Shown piece after piece: positions 9,823-19,140 of a DNA stretch of 64,000 nucleotides. A model generated the notes under the pieces. That model was not told the DNA's origin, made no database searches, and worked only from the letters and a program-made list of their open reading frames with translations. The first letter of the stretch is position 1, and each line of letters begins with the position of its first letter. This DNA comes from an uncultured Nitrospiraceae bacterium (lineage in GTDB: Bacteria > Nitrospirota > Nitrospiria > Nitrospirales > Nitrospiraceae). The position numbers and the translations under genes are program-made. The stretch spans positions 352,001 through 416,000 of the forward strand of contig CAVSTP010000003.1 in assembly GCA_963730935.1 (NCBI GenBank), given 5' to 3'.

Positions 9823-10905
9823 CTAGTAGATGCTCTTGCTGACTTCAGAAGACAGCCCGCTCTCACTGCCAGAATTGTCGAAGGCCGAAATGGCAAAGAA
9901 ATACGTCTCCCCCACGGGTAGGCCTGTGATCGTGTAGCTGCCGGTCAGGCCAACCACGAAGGGCGAGCCGGGATAGTTGTAGAGGCCTGCAGCCGTCCCC
10001 ACGTAGATCTTGTATCCTGCCAGGTCAGGCTCACTGTTCAGTGTCCAGCTGAGGGTGGCGCTTCCGGTGCCCGGTGGAGGCGATGGCGGCGGAGGCGGTG
10101 AGGCGGAAGGAGGGGAGGACGAAGGCAGAGACTGTGGAACTATCGGCGATGGTGCGGGAGAAGGCGGCGGAGAAGAGACGGAGACCGTCGGTGCTACCAA
10201 TTGCGTCAGGCCGGGCATCTGGTTGCTGAGGCTCTGGAGGCCGCGTCCGGCGGCCACTCGCGGCGATACGGTTGTTGCGGGGCCTATGCCGGGGACCGCA
10301 GTCGCCACCGGCGGTTTGGCTGACAAAGGTGCGGGCGCGACCGAGGCCGTAGCGCCGGTTGATCCGGCGCTTGTCGTTGATGCCGGGGTCAATGTGGATG
10401 CTCCGAGTGCCGCAATGCCCTTGGCCGGCGTCGAAGTCCGGCTCTCGGTTCCAGTCTTGTTTGTCTGAACCGGGGAGACGGGTTGCAGCGAGGACGTCGC
10501 GGGCTGTGACATGACGGTGCCACTCGATGCGGCGGCGGGCAACTGGCTGGGCCGTTTCGTGAGTTTTCGTTGAGGTGAGCGCGCAGCCGGCGCGCTCGTG
10601 CTGCCGGATGTCGTCGGTGACGTTCCCGCCTCCGGAGGTGTGGCCTCTGGTGCCTGGCGGTGAATCAAGCTGTGTGGCCTGGGCGCCTGCGTCGGTTCAG
10701 CCGGAAGCACGCGTGAACTGATAGCCACCATACAAAGCGTTGCGGTGACGAATGCCAAGCGATGGATGCTGGAATGAACCGGGGTCACGAAATCTGTCTT
10801 TCGTCGAAGGTGATCGCCCAGACAACGTTGATTCGGCACCATGCTCGGAGAGCATGCGTAGACGCATTGTGAAACTGAAGCCCTTGATTGGCCACAAAAA
10901 GTCAA
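9823..10905 (-). CDS. Secreted Pro/Ser/Thr-rich protein with C-terminal fibronectin type III domain
   Basis: ATLSW..DLAGYKIY..YTITGL..YFFAISAFDNSGSES FN3; long low-complexity linker; the true start is probably downstream of the ORF start. Confidence 0.75.
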   Translation of the reverse strand: MTFCGQSRASVSQCVYACSPSMVPNQRCLGDHLRRKTDFVTPVHSSIHRLAFVTATLCMVAISSRVLPAEPTQAPRPHSLIHRQAPEATPPEAGTSPTTSGSTSAPAARSPQRKLTKRPSQLPAAASSGTVMSQPATSSLQPVSPVQTNKTGTESRTSTPAKGIAALGASTLTPASTTSAGSTGATASVAPAPLSAKPPVATAVPGIGPATTVSPRVAAGRGLQSLSNQMPGLTQLVAPTVSVSSPPPSPAPSPIVPQSLPSSSPPSASPPPPPSPPPGTGSATLSWTLNSEPDLAGYKIYVGTAAGLYNYPGSPFVVGLTGSYTITGLPVGETYFFAISAFDNSGSESGLSSEVSKSIY

Positions 10906-10980
10906 TTTTCTGACAGAAGGTACACCGGTGTACCGAATCAGTTGGAGACAGAGATTGACGAGCGGACCGGGAAGAGGAGG

Positions 10981-11430
10981 TCAGGCGAGCAGCAACGCAA
11001 GAAGAAAGATGCCGGTCAGCGCACAGAGCGAAGCGAGATATTGTATGCCGCTGCGGTCCCTGAGCCAGGCGGTTTTCCACTTGGCTGGATAGAGGGGTTG
11101 ATGCTCGATGAACAGGCCGTCTTCATAGAAGCCGAGCGCCTGTTCGATCTGGATCAGGACTTGTTTGGCCAGCCGGTGACGATACTGTTGTTGAAGGATC
11201 AAGCCACAAAACAGCCCGCACCAAATCAAGCTGCCCAGGGCTAAGAGCAACGCTTCGGCAGGAGATAGCCGGCTTTTGAGGGGACTGAGGAGGAGCGCAA
11301 AGGTCATCGCAACGAGCGCGAATGCCCCGAAGGCTGTGAGGCGCATCATTTGCTCACGACGCTGATAGACCTCGTTCTTGTACAGCGGATAGAGAACGGT
11401 CAGAGTCTGTTGTACGCCTTCCGTGATCAT
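10981..11430 (-). CDS. Small membrane protein of unknown function (about 3 TM)
   Basis: Hydrophobic segments; follows the hydrolase in the same orientation. Confidence 0.65.
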   Translation of the reverse strand: MITEGVQQTLTVLYPLYKNEVYQRREQMMRLTAFGAFALVAMTFALLLSPLKSRLSPAEALLLALGSLIWCGLFCGLILQQQYRHRLAKQVLIQIEQALGFYEDGLFIEHQPLYPAKWKTAWLRDRSGIQYLASLCALTGIFLLALLLA

Positions 11431-11464
11431 GGCCGCACCGCATGCTCCCAGGATTCGAACACTG

Positions 11465-12235
11465 TCATCCTGTCGTCAGATGACCGACCAGCCAATTCGT
11501 GATCGCAGCCGTCATCGTTCGAAAATCCTCTCCGCGGGTAAACTGGTGGTCCGCTTCCGGCAGGAGGTCGAGCCGTTTCGGGCCGCGAAGAGCCTCCAGC
11601 AAGCGTTGGCTTTGGTGGAGCGGGACCAGTTCGTCGCGTGCGCCTTGAACGATGAGCGTCGGTGCAACAATCTGTGACGCCGGCTCATAGGCGATCTGCC
11701 GCAGACAATCCTCGTATAGCCCGAACTTCAGCCGGACCCGTTCCGCGCCTCCCATCAGGTTTGGAATCGTATCCGTAGATTGCCACCGCGCCAGTTCGCC
11801 GGGGCCGAATTCTAAGCGAAATTCTTCGCCAAAATCTACTACCGGGCATTTGAGGGCCAAACAGGCGATATCGTTCCGCTGGGCAGTGGTCAGGATGGCC
11901 ACCAAGCCCCCAAAGCTCGATCCCACAAGGCCGATTCTGTCGTAACCCTGCGACCTGACAAGGGCTACCGCCGCATGGGCTTGTCCGACCGCCAGTGAGA
12001 CGGTGATGTCTTCAAAGGGGCCTTCGCTGTCGCCCTGTCCGAAGAAATCGAACCGGAAGGTCGCGAGCCCTGCTTCGTTCACCATTCTGGTCAACGTCTT
12101 GTTGGTCGTGCTGTTCTTACTGGACAAGAAGCCATGGCAGAGCACCACGGCGGCGGTGGAAGGCTGCGAAGGGCGGCTGAGCACCGCGGAGATGCTGTGC
12201 CCCTGCTCGTCCTTGAAGGTGAGCGGTTCGTCCAT
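11465..12235 (-). CDS. Alpha/beta hydrolase (OsmC-associated esterase-like)
   Basis: LCHGF, RFDFFGQGDSEG, GSSFGG nucleophile elbow, D and ADH catalytic residues. Confidence 0.85.
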   Translation of the reverse strand: MDEPLTFKDEQGHSISAVLSRPSQPSTAAVVLCHGFLSSKNSTTNKTLTRMVNEAGLATFRFDFFGQGDSEGPFEDITVSLAVGQAHAAVALVRSQGYDRIGLVGSSFGGLVAILTTAQRNDIACLALKCPVVDFGEEFRLEFGPGELARWQSTDTIPNLMGGAERVRLKFGLYEDCLRQIAYEPASQIVAPTLIVQGARDELVPLHQSQRLLEALRGPKRLDLLPEADHQFTRGEDFRTMTAAITNWLVGHLTTG

Positions 12236-12289
12236 GAGGCGGCATTGTAGCAGAGTTGCTCTGGGGAGGGCGGCGAAGTGGTCTACAGT

Positions 12290-13069
12290 CTACAGCTTGC
12301 TCGAGCGGACGCGGTAATCGACGGTATCTTGTAACCACTTCCAAAATCTGGTCTGCTCGCCCAGATCACGATTCGGCTCCAGTTTTTCACGCCAGGTTTT
12401 CATGACTTCCCCGTCGACGGTCCAGAGGCGGACGCGCTCACGGGGCACATGCCTCCGCCAGTGGTCGCCGACCTTGGGGCTGATATAGGCCAGGCGCAGG
12501 GTGACATTGCGGGATAAATACTCGAGCGGCTTGAGGTCAATTTTCTCATACAGCGCCTGAGATCCGGCTGTCGCGCCGCTGGTGGCGGCATCGGGCACCC
12601 CGTCGGTAATGATCATGACATTGATGGGCGCGAGCACCAGATTGCGCTCCTTGGAGATCCGGGCCACTTCCGCGAAGAACGGATTGAAATCGGTCACACG
12701 GTCTGCGGGCGGAAACCACTTCCGGAGCTCGACCTCGATTTGCGGGATGTCTTTGTTTTCGAAGTCATGGATCGGATGAAAACTCTTGGGTTCACGCAAA
12801 TCCTTCCCACCGACGCTGGCGATGAACATCGCCTGGGGCTTATCGAGGCCCCCGAGAGCATGCAGATGACCGTAGATGTAATGGGCGAGAAACAGGAGTG
12901 CATTGTCGTAATAGCCGGAGTTCTTGAACGAGCCGCTCGCATCGACGCCGATAAACAGCGTGTTGTGCGGCTTGTGCGCCTGCGCCGGTTCCTGCGTACA
13001 GCCGGTGAGGGGCACCGACAGGGCGCCGGCGAGTGCAGCGGCCACGAGTAACGTCGAGATGCAGCTCAT
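12290..13069 (-). CDS. Lipoprotein with VWA/MIDAS-like domain
   Basis: ATG 13069 overlaps the upstream stop (ATGA); lipobox LTGC; DASGS (DxSxS), TDF, IITDG. Confidence 0.7.
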   Translation of the reverse strand: MSCISTLLVAAALAGALSVPLTGCTQEPAQAHKPHNTLFIGVDASGSFKNSGYYDNALLFLAHYIYGHLHALGGLDKPQAMFIASVGGKDLREPKSFHPIHDFENKDIPQIEVELRKWFPPADRVTDFNPFFAEVARISKERNLVLAPINVMIITDGVPDAATSGATAGSQALYEKIDLKPLEYLSRNVTLRLAYISPKVGDHWRRHVPRERVRLWTVDGEVMKTWREKLEPNRDLGEQTRFWKWLQDTVDYRVRSSKL

Positions 13070-14304
13070 GAGGCCACCTTCTTGGGCTGCCATCTGACCG
13101 TGGGCAGCAGTTCCCGTGTCTCCACGACGTCCTTCAGGCTCTTGAATGGAATGCCGAACACTGGTTTGCCGACGACCAGAATCATGGCGAAGTTCAACAG
13201 AGCCGCCGCCACGTGGAGCACCGGGAGCATGAGGAACTCCATCAATTCGCCGGCTTTCTCGTGCAGCCAACCGACCTCGCGCTTGAAGTCCTCCATCGGC
13301 GCCTTCCACCAGGGCGGCGGTTCCGGAGCAACAAGCGCCATGCCGGTCGCGGAAGCCTCCTGATGCATCGGCTGCCGCGAAATGAACGACAGGAGGGGAG
13401 GCGTGCCGTATTGACCGAACAGGAACCAGGTCATCCCGCGAACGCCTACCCATCCGAACGTAGCGAGCGAGAGCGTAAACACGATTCCCGGGCGAAATTG
13501 CTCGCCCGTCTGCTGCGCGATCCAGGGCGAGAGCGCATCGACCAACTCCCGGTAGAGAAACATGACCTCGAACGTCATCACGAACACTTCGACGAGAATC
13601 ATCTGGACGAGATATTTGTACTCGCGGTTCTTCACCGAGTCAGCGAGCACCTGAATGCAGGCGAAACTGCCCATAATCAGGAGCAAGAGGAACACGTAGA
13701 GAATCGTTCCGGTCATGACCGACGCGTCCGATCCCGTGATGCCGGCTAAGACGTCTGTGACAGTCGGCATCAGCGTGTACGTGAAGATCGTCGCTTCCAG
13801 TACGCACCAGAAAATCAGCAGGAGAAACGCGATCCAGGGCACGCCGGGTTGAAAATAGCTTTGGGTCATCTGGCCGGTCATCTTGAAGGGAAGCACCACA
13901 AGCTGCTTCATGGCTTCCGCTGCCAGATTCAGCCCCAGCCTCCCAAGCGTAAACAACCAGCCGGCGACAACGATGATAAATCGTCCGAGGCCGACCCAGT
14001 ACATCCAGATGGCAAAGGCGGTATCCCACCAGGCCAGCAGCAGCATGCGCAGGAGTTCGATCCGGCCCGAGCGGAACGGCAGCGTGTAGAGCGTCAGGTG
14101 CGTGCACCAGACCGCGCCGATCCACAGCAGGACGGGAAAGAGCAGCAAGAGATAGTAGATGCCGGACAGCCAACCGGTGGACGAAGCCAGGACAAAGTCC
14201 ATCAGCGCGCGCTGCATGTCAGGAATCCAGGAGACCGGAATCGTCAGAAAGTGAACGAGGCTTTTCCAAGGATCCGGGATCATCTGAGTCAATTCGTCGT
14301 TCAT
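13066..14304 (-). CDS. Polytopic membrane protein of unknown function
   Basis: About 9 hydrophobic helices; GAGGGG RBS before ATG 14304. Confidence 0.75.
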   Translation of the reverse strand: MNDELTQMIPDPWKSLVHFLTIPVSWIPDMQRALMDFVLASSTGWLSGIYYLLLLFPVLLWIGAVWCTHLTLYTLPFRSGRIELLRMLLLAWWDTAFAIWMYWVGLGRFIIVVAGWLFTLGRLGLNLAAEAMKQLVVLPFKMTGQMTQSYFQPGVPWIAFLLLIFWCVLEATIFTYTLMPTVTDVLAGITGSDASVMTGTILYVFLLLLIMGSFACIQVLADSVKNREYKYLVQMILVEVFVMTFEVMFLYRELVDALSPWIAQQTGEQFRPGIVFTLSLATFGWVGVRGMTWFLFGQYGTPPLLSFISRQPMHQEASATGMALVAPEPPPWWKAPMEDFKREVGWLHEKAGELMEFLMLPVLHVAAALLNFAMILVVGKPVFGIPFKSLKDVVETRELLPTVRWQPKKVAS

Positions 14305-14482
14305 GTGGCCCCTCACTCAGTGATGTGAGCTCAGAGGGCGGTTGCCCCTATACAGTCTGTACTGAGCAAGAACCAGGCTTGCGGGAGGAAGGGGCAATTA
14401 ATGGAAAAACCGACACTTAGCTACGAAGGGATTGGCCAGAATTGTTCAGGCAGTGCAGGTCCGAAGGTACGGAGCGGAAGGG

Positions 14483-15808
14483 TTACGACGGCCGCAGTCC
14501 CACAACCCAGGCCAGCTTTGCGGCAAACAACGCGAGGCTCGCGAGAAGGAGCCCCGCTGCGACCCAGACGCTAGTTTGGACGTAGGGCGAACCGAGCGGA
14601 ACAGTCCATGTCAAGGAGGCCAACACGGACAGCGCGATCGTTCCGAGGCTCAGGCCGGTCAACTGTACCGCTCGCCAGCGGTTCATGATCCCGTCGAGCT
14701 GGGCGCGATACACCTCTCGCTTCGCATGATTTTGCACACGAGTGGCCGTCAACAGATCCGGCACAACGTACGACAGGCCGCCGCAGATCACCTGCGTGAG
14801 AAACCCGATAAAGGCCAGGTGCGTATAGGCCACCAAGTGGAGTGAGCCGATCGGCAGGAGCGGCGGACTTCTTAAGTAGTTGGCTCCCATTACAAGACCG
14901 GTGGCGGTGGCCAAGAGCAGAAAGATCGCGCCGATCAGCAGATGATCGATCGCAGCCGTTCCCGGTGAGCTGGCTTTCAGCCAGGTCGCGACAAGGTGAA
15001 CGGTGCACAAGGTGATACTGGCGAACAGCAGGCACCCCACTGCGATTTGCAGCCATACGGCGGACATGAGAAACGCCCCGAGCAAGACGGCAAAGCCTAC
15101 TGGAAGAAACCAGAGGACGAATCTGGTCATCGAGCTGAGGACGAGAGGCGTTCGCAAGAGAACAGGCATGAGCTGACACAAGGCGACGATGAGGCTCAGC
15201 GTCAAGCACCCCAACACAATGAGATGAATGTGGCCAAGTCGTGCGTGGGCGTAAAACCCGTCAGTCAGGCGGAATGCCATCGCCGTACCAGCAGCCAGTC
15301 CGACAAATAGAGCGACAAGGGCGATCCGATACATGCTTCCTTCACCGGCCGCTTTGCCGAAGTGGATCCAGGCCGTTTTTGAGAGCGACAGCACTGTGGC
15401 AGCAAGCAGGAGCCCTGCGAGGCCGACGACCGTCATGTTCCCCAGCCAAAAGCCGAGGAGCAGCGCTGCCGTCGCACCGTTCCACGCCAGAAACAGCGTG
15501 GTATGGGACTGCGCATCTGCATCTTTGCGGTCCGAAGCACGCGTGATCGAGAGCAATACGCCAATCGCAAGCTGCAAGATGCCGCCGACCAGCGCCCCGT
15601 GGGCATGCACGGGTTTCAACCAACGAGGCAGTGGTGTGCCGTAGACCGATCCGATGATCAGCGCGATGCCGAGCAGGAATGACACCGACAGCCACGTGAA
15701 ACCGGTCAGGAGAAACGTTAACGGTGTCCCAGACAAAGACAGGAGAGCAGGAGCACTGCGCTTCACCGGACGCTGTGCCTGAGACGGAGATACGAGCGAT
15801 TGTCTCAT
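14483..15808 (-). CDS. Polytopic membrane protein with repeated HxH motifs (NnrS / heme-copper oxidase subunit I-like fold)
   Basis: About 12 TM; HAHGALVGG, GHIHLIVLG, YTHLAFIG; ATG 15808 overlaps the thiD stop. Confidence 0.65.
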   Translation of the reverse strand: MRQSLVSPSQAQRPVKRSAPALLSLSGTPLTFLLTGFTWLSVSFLLGIALIIGSVYGTPLPRWLKPVHAHGALVGGILQLAIGVLLSITRASDRKDADAQSHTTLFLAWNGATAALLLGFWLGNMTVVGLAGLLLAATVLSLSKTAWIHFGKAAGEGSMYRIALVALFVGLAAGTAMAFRLTDGFYAHARLGHIHLIVLGCLTLSLIVALCQLMPVLLRTPLVLSSMTRFVLWFLPVGFAVLLGAFLMSAVWLQIAVGCLLFASITLCTVHLVATWLKASSPGTAAIDHLLIGAIFLLLATATGLVMGANYLRSPPLLPIGSLHLVAYTHLAFIGFLTQVICGGLSYVVPDLLTATRVQNHAKREVYRAQLDGIMNRWRAVQLTGLSLGTIALSVLASLTWTVPLGSPYVQTSVWVAAGLLLASLALFAAKLAWVVGLRPS

Positions 15809-16608
15809 CGTTCGGCTAAGAAATAGAAATGATTGGTCGGGCCCGAGCCGTGACCGATCGCCAGACTGTGGCGGATTGCTTCGGTCACATAAGCCTTGGC
15901 CGACTGAATTGCGTCGACGACGGATTTGCCGTGTGCAAGATGGGCGGCAATGGCCGACGCATACGTGCAACCGGTGCCGTGCGTATGAGGCGTTTCGATG
16001 AACTCACCCTTGAACACGTTGAAGAACCTGCCGTCAAAGAGCAGGTCGGTGGCGCGCTCGGCGAGCAGATGCCCGCCCTTGATGAGGACGTGCTTGCAAC
16101 CGAAGCCATGAATGACTTTGGCCGCGCGGCGGGCCTCGGCAAGCGAGGTGATCCTGATGCCTGACAGTTGCTGTGCCTCATGAACGTTCGGCGTGACGAG
16201 AAGGGCGATCGGAAACAGCTGCTTCTTCATCGCTTCGATCGCGTCGGGGTTCAAGAGGGTATGCCCGCTCTTAGAGATCATCACGGGGTCGACCACCAGG
16301 TTGAATACCTGTTGCGGCTTCAACATCTTTGCGACGGTCTCGACGATGGGGACCGACGACAACATGCCGGTCTTAACCGCCGCAATCTCAAAATCGTCAA
16401 AGACGGCATCGATCTGGGCGGCGATCACCAAAGGCGGCACCTCAAAGATGTCCGTGACCTCTTCCGTGTTTTGGGCAGTGATGGCCGTGATGACCGACAT
16501 CGCAAACACGCCGTTTGCGGACATGGCCTTGATGTCGGCTTGAATGCCTGCGCCGCCGCCGGAATCCGAACCGGCAATGGTCAGCACCTGCTTGAGGGTC
16601 GTCGTCAT
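15805..16608 (-). CDS. thiD: Hydroxymethylpyrimidine/phosphomethylpyrimidine kinase
   Basis: LTIAGSDSGGGAGIQAD, KTGML, VDPVM, TPN, KGGH, THGTGCT. Confidence 0.95.
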   Translation of the reverse strand: MTTTLKQVLTIAGSDSGGGAGIQADIKAMSANGVFAMSVITAITAQNTEEVTDIFEVPPLVIAAQIDAVFDDFEIAAVKTGMLSSVPIVETVAKMLKPQQVFNLVVDPVMISKSGHTLLNPDAIEAMKKQLFPIALLVTPNVHEAQQLSGIRITSLAEARRAAKVIHGFGCKHVLIKGGHLLAERATDLLFDGRFFNVFKGEFIETPHTHGTGCTYASAIAAHLAHGKSVVDAIQSAKAYVTEAIRHSLAIGHGSGPTNHFYFLAER

Positions 16609-16662
16609 GGCGGTGAGTGTCGCCCGCGATGCGGAAAAGTCAGCATATATATACGTTGCGAC

Positions 16663-16986
16663 GGAAGTCTGTCCAGCGTCTGGCCGCAGCGGGTCTCGAC
16701 ACCGGGCGGGGTGCGACGACGGACTTCCACATTTTCCCTTCTTCTCCTGCCGGTGTTACTTCTAAAACGACAAGGGGACCAACGTCTGACCGGCGACTTA
16801 CACGGAGGCTCGGGTCACCGCACTTGCCGAGCGGATGCGGTCCGCTGAGCGGACGGCAAGCACTGTTCGAAGCTGCGTTCTCGCGAAGTGTTGAACGCAG
16901 CAAGTTGCACAGCCGCGCAGATGTGAGGCCTAGTGCGGTCGAGCCGGAGTGCTTGAGCCCGGCAGGCGCTGGTTCCCTGAACCAGC
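16663..16986. other. Highly base-paired intergenic element (REP/MITE-like repeat or structured ncRNA)
   Basis: At least six stems visible, including nested 16807-16824/16932-16945. Confidence 0.55.
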
Positions 16987-17655
16987 TCACACTGGCCATT
17001 GCTCCTCATTCCAGGCCATTTCCCAGAACATCCACTCGTAGCGGGAGCTGATGACGAACGAGTCTTCCATGCGCCGCTTTTCTTCCTGCCCCGCCGTCTT
17101 TGCCCACTGATCCACCTTCTTGCGCATCCACCGCTGCACTTCGGCAAATTCTGGCGAAGCGTAGAGCATGAGCCAATCCCGATAGGGGTGGCGTTTCGGC
17201 GGAGGACCGTGTCGCAACAGATGCCGGCCTACGACACAATAGATCCAGGCGCAGGGCAACGCCACGACGGTGATCTCAGCCGCCGAACCCGATTGAGCGA
17301 TCGCCAGCATATGGCGAGTATAAGCGTAGTTGCTTGGTGCCATCGGGACCGACGTCATCTGTTTGGGGCTCATGTTCCACTTCGTCCCATACCCTTCGTG
17401 CAGACTTCTCTCGACGACGATGGTCTCCTCCGCCAGCTTGGTCAATCGCAGGGCGGACTCTGAATCAGGCGCACGCAGGGCGCCCGCAGAGAAGACGCGT
17501 GCCAGTTCGCCGAGAAAGCGTGCGTCTTGCAGGATGTAGTAGCGAAACTTGTGCTCCGGCAACGTGCCGTTGCCGAGCGCGACGACGAAGGGATGCGTCA
17601 ACTGCGCATCCCAGATCGGCTGAGCCAGCTGTCGAAGACGATTCGAAAAGGACAT
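16987..17655 (-). CDS. tenA: Thiaminase II / aminopyrimidine aminohydrolase
   Basis: HPFV..GTL..F.YYILQD, LPCAWIY, YRDWLMLY, YEWMFWEMA; ATG 17655. Confidence 0.92.
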   Translation of the reverse strand: MSFSNRLRQLAQPIWDAQLTHPFVVALGNGTLPEHKFRYYILQDARFLGELARVFSAGALRAPDSESALRLTKLAEETIVVERSLHEGYGTKWNMSPKQMTSVPMAPSNYAYTRHMLAIAQSGSAAEITVVALPCAWIYCVVGRHLLRHGPPPKRHPYRDWLMLYASPEFAEVQRWMRKKVDQWAKTAGQEEKRRMEDSFVISSRYEWMFWEMAWNEEQWPV

Positions 17656-17659
17656 AGAG

Positions 17660-19066
17660 TTATAGCGCTTCCGGGGCCCACGGCCTCGGCAGCCGGTTGA
17701 TGCCGTCCAAGGCGGCAACTTTGTAGCATTCGGCGAGCGTAGGATAGTTGAAGACGGTGTCGATGAAATAGTCGATCTTTCCGTTGTACGCCATCACGGC
17801 TTGTCCGATATGGATGAGTTCGGTGGCCCCTTCGCCGATCGCGTGTACGCCGAGAAGCGCGTGCGTCTGCCGGTGGAAGAGCAGTTTGAGCATTCCGGTC
17901 TCGTCGCCGATCAATTGTCCCCTGGCGATTTCGCGATAGCGGGCGATGCCGACGCCGTACGGAACGTCCTCTCTGACCAGCTCCTCTTCGTTCTTCCCGA
18001 CCATCGAAATTTCCGGAATCGCGTATATGCCGAAGGGCAGCAAGTCCGTATCCGTCCGGTCGGATATGCCGAAGGCGTGGCAGGACGCATGACGACCCTG
18101 CTGCATGGAGGTGGACGCGAGCGCGGGAAAACCGATGACATCTCCGGCCGCATAGATGTGGGGGATCGCCGTCTGGAAATGAGCATTGACGTACAGACGG
18201 CCCCGCTGATCCGGCGTGAGGCCGATGGCCTCCAGGTTGAGGTCTTTCGTCGCCCCTTCACGTCCGATGGCATACATCAGCGTGCTGGACTGTATCGGTT
18301 TCGCATGTCTGAGGCAGACGTTGACATGGTGATCGCTCTCTTTGGCGATCGTCAGCACCTCTTCCTCGTGATAGAGCGCCACGCCGATATCTTTCATCTG
18401 GGTTTGGAGGGTGGTGATGATCTCTTCATCGACGAACTCCAGGAGACGAGGACGTTTGTCGATCAACGTCACGGGAATGCCCAGCGCAGCGAGGATCGAG
18501 GCGTATTCGGTGCCGATGACGCCGCCGCCCACGATCACGATCGAATCAGGAATGCGTTTGAGCCGAAGCAAGCCGTCCGTGTCGATGACGGCTTCGTCAT
18601 CGAACGGCACCTCCAGGGGTCTGGCGGGCTCGGTGCCGACCGCGATCACGATGAAGTCCGCTGTGTGTTCGACCTCACCTGCCGTCTGGGCAATGTGCAA
18701 TCGATGTGGATCGACGAAACTGGCCTTGCCGTAGATCATGTCGACGCGGTTGCGGGACATCTGATTCTTCACGATGGCGATCTCGTTCGCGATCACGTGG
18801 TTGGCGCGGAAGGCGAGGTCCTCGATCGTGATGTGGGCTTTCACCCGATAGCCGGCGCCGTAGAGATTGCGCTGCCGGAAGCCGGACAGGTAGAGGACGG
18901 CCTCGCGCAAGGATTTGCTGGGAATGGTGCCGGTATGGATGCAAACGCCGCCGACCATCTCCTTCCGCTCGATGATGCCGACGTGTTTTCCAAGCTTGGC
19001 GGCTTGAACGGCGGCCTTTTGACCGGCAGGCCCCGTGCCAATGACCAGAAGGTCGTAGTGCGCCAT
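17660..19066 (-). CDS. sthA: Soluble pyridine nucleotide transhydrogenase
   Basis: GGVCIHTGTIPSKSLRE (single Cys), GGGVIGTEYAS, FNYPTLAECYKVAA. Confidence 0.92.
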   Translation of the reverse strand: MAHYDLLVIGTGPAGQKAAVQAAKLGKHVGIIERKEMVGGVCIHTGTIPSKSLREAVLYLSGFRQRNLYGAGYRVKAHITIEDLAFRANHVIANEIAIVKNQMSRNRVDMIYGKASFVDPHRLHIAQTAGEVEHTADFIVIAVGTEPARPLEVPFDDEAVIDTDGLLRLKRIPDSIVIVGGGVIGTEYASILAALGIPVTLIDKRPRLLEFVDEEIITTLQTQMKDIGVALYHEEEVLTIAKESDHHVNVCLRHAKPIQSSTLMYAIGREGATKDLNLEAIGLTPDQRGRLYVNAHFQTAIPHIYAAGDVIGFPALASTSMQQGRHASCHAFGISDRTDTDLLPFGIYAIPEISMVGKNEEELVREDVPYGVGIARYREIARGQLIGDETGMLKLLFHRQTHALLGVHAIGEGATELIHIGQAVMAYNGKIDYFIDTVFNYPTLAECYKVAALDGINRLPRPWAPEAL

Positions 19067-19140
19067 GAAGACCTCAACGGAAGGGTGAGACCCAACACCG
19101 GGATGGACAGAGCGCGGTGGTCAGATCTTCCCCGGCTCTC

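Noticed and set aside
16941..16975. Resemblance to group II intron domain V (GAGCCG...GGTTC, 35 nt)
   Set aside because: No GNRA loop, no domain VI, no GUGYG 5' end or RT ORF; kept only as an alternative stem
16608..16987. TPP riboswitch upstream of thiD
   Set aside because: No GCUGAGA or CCUGA-UAAU-GCGxAGGGA core on the minus strand
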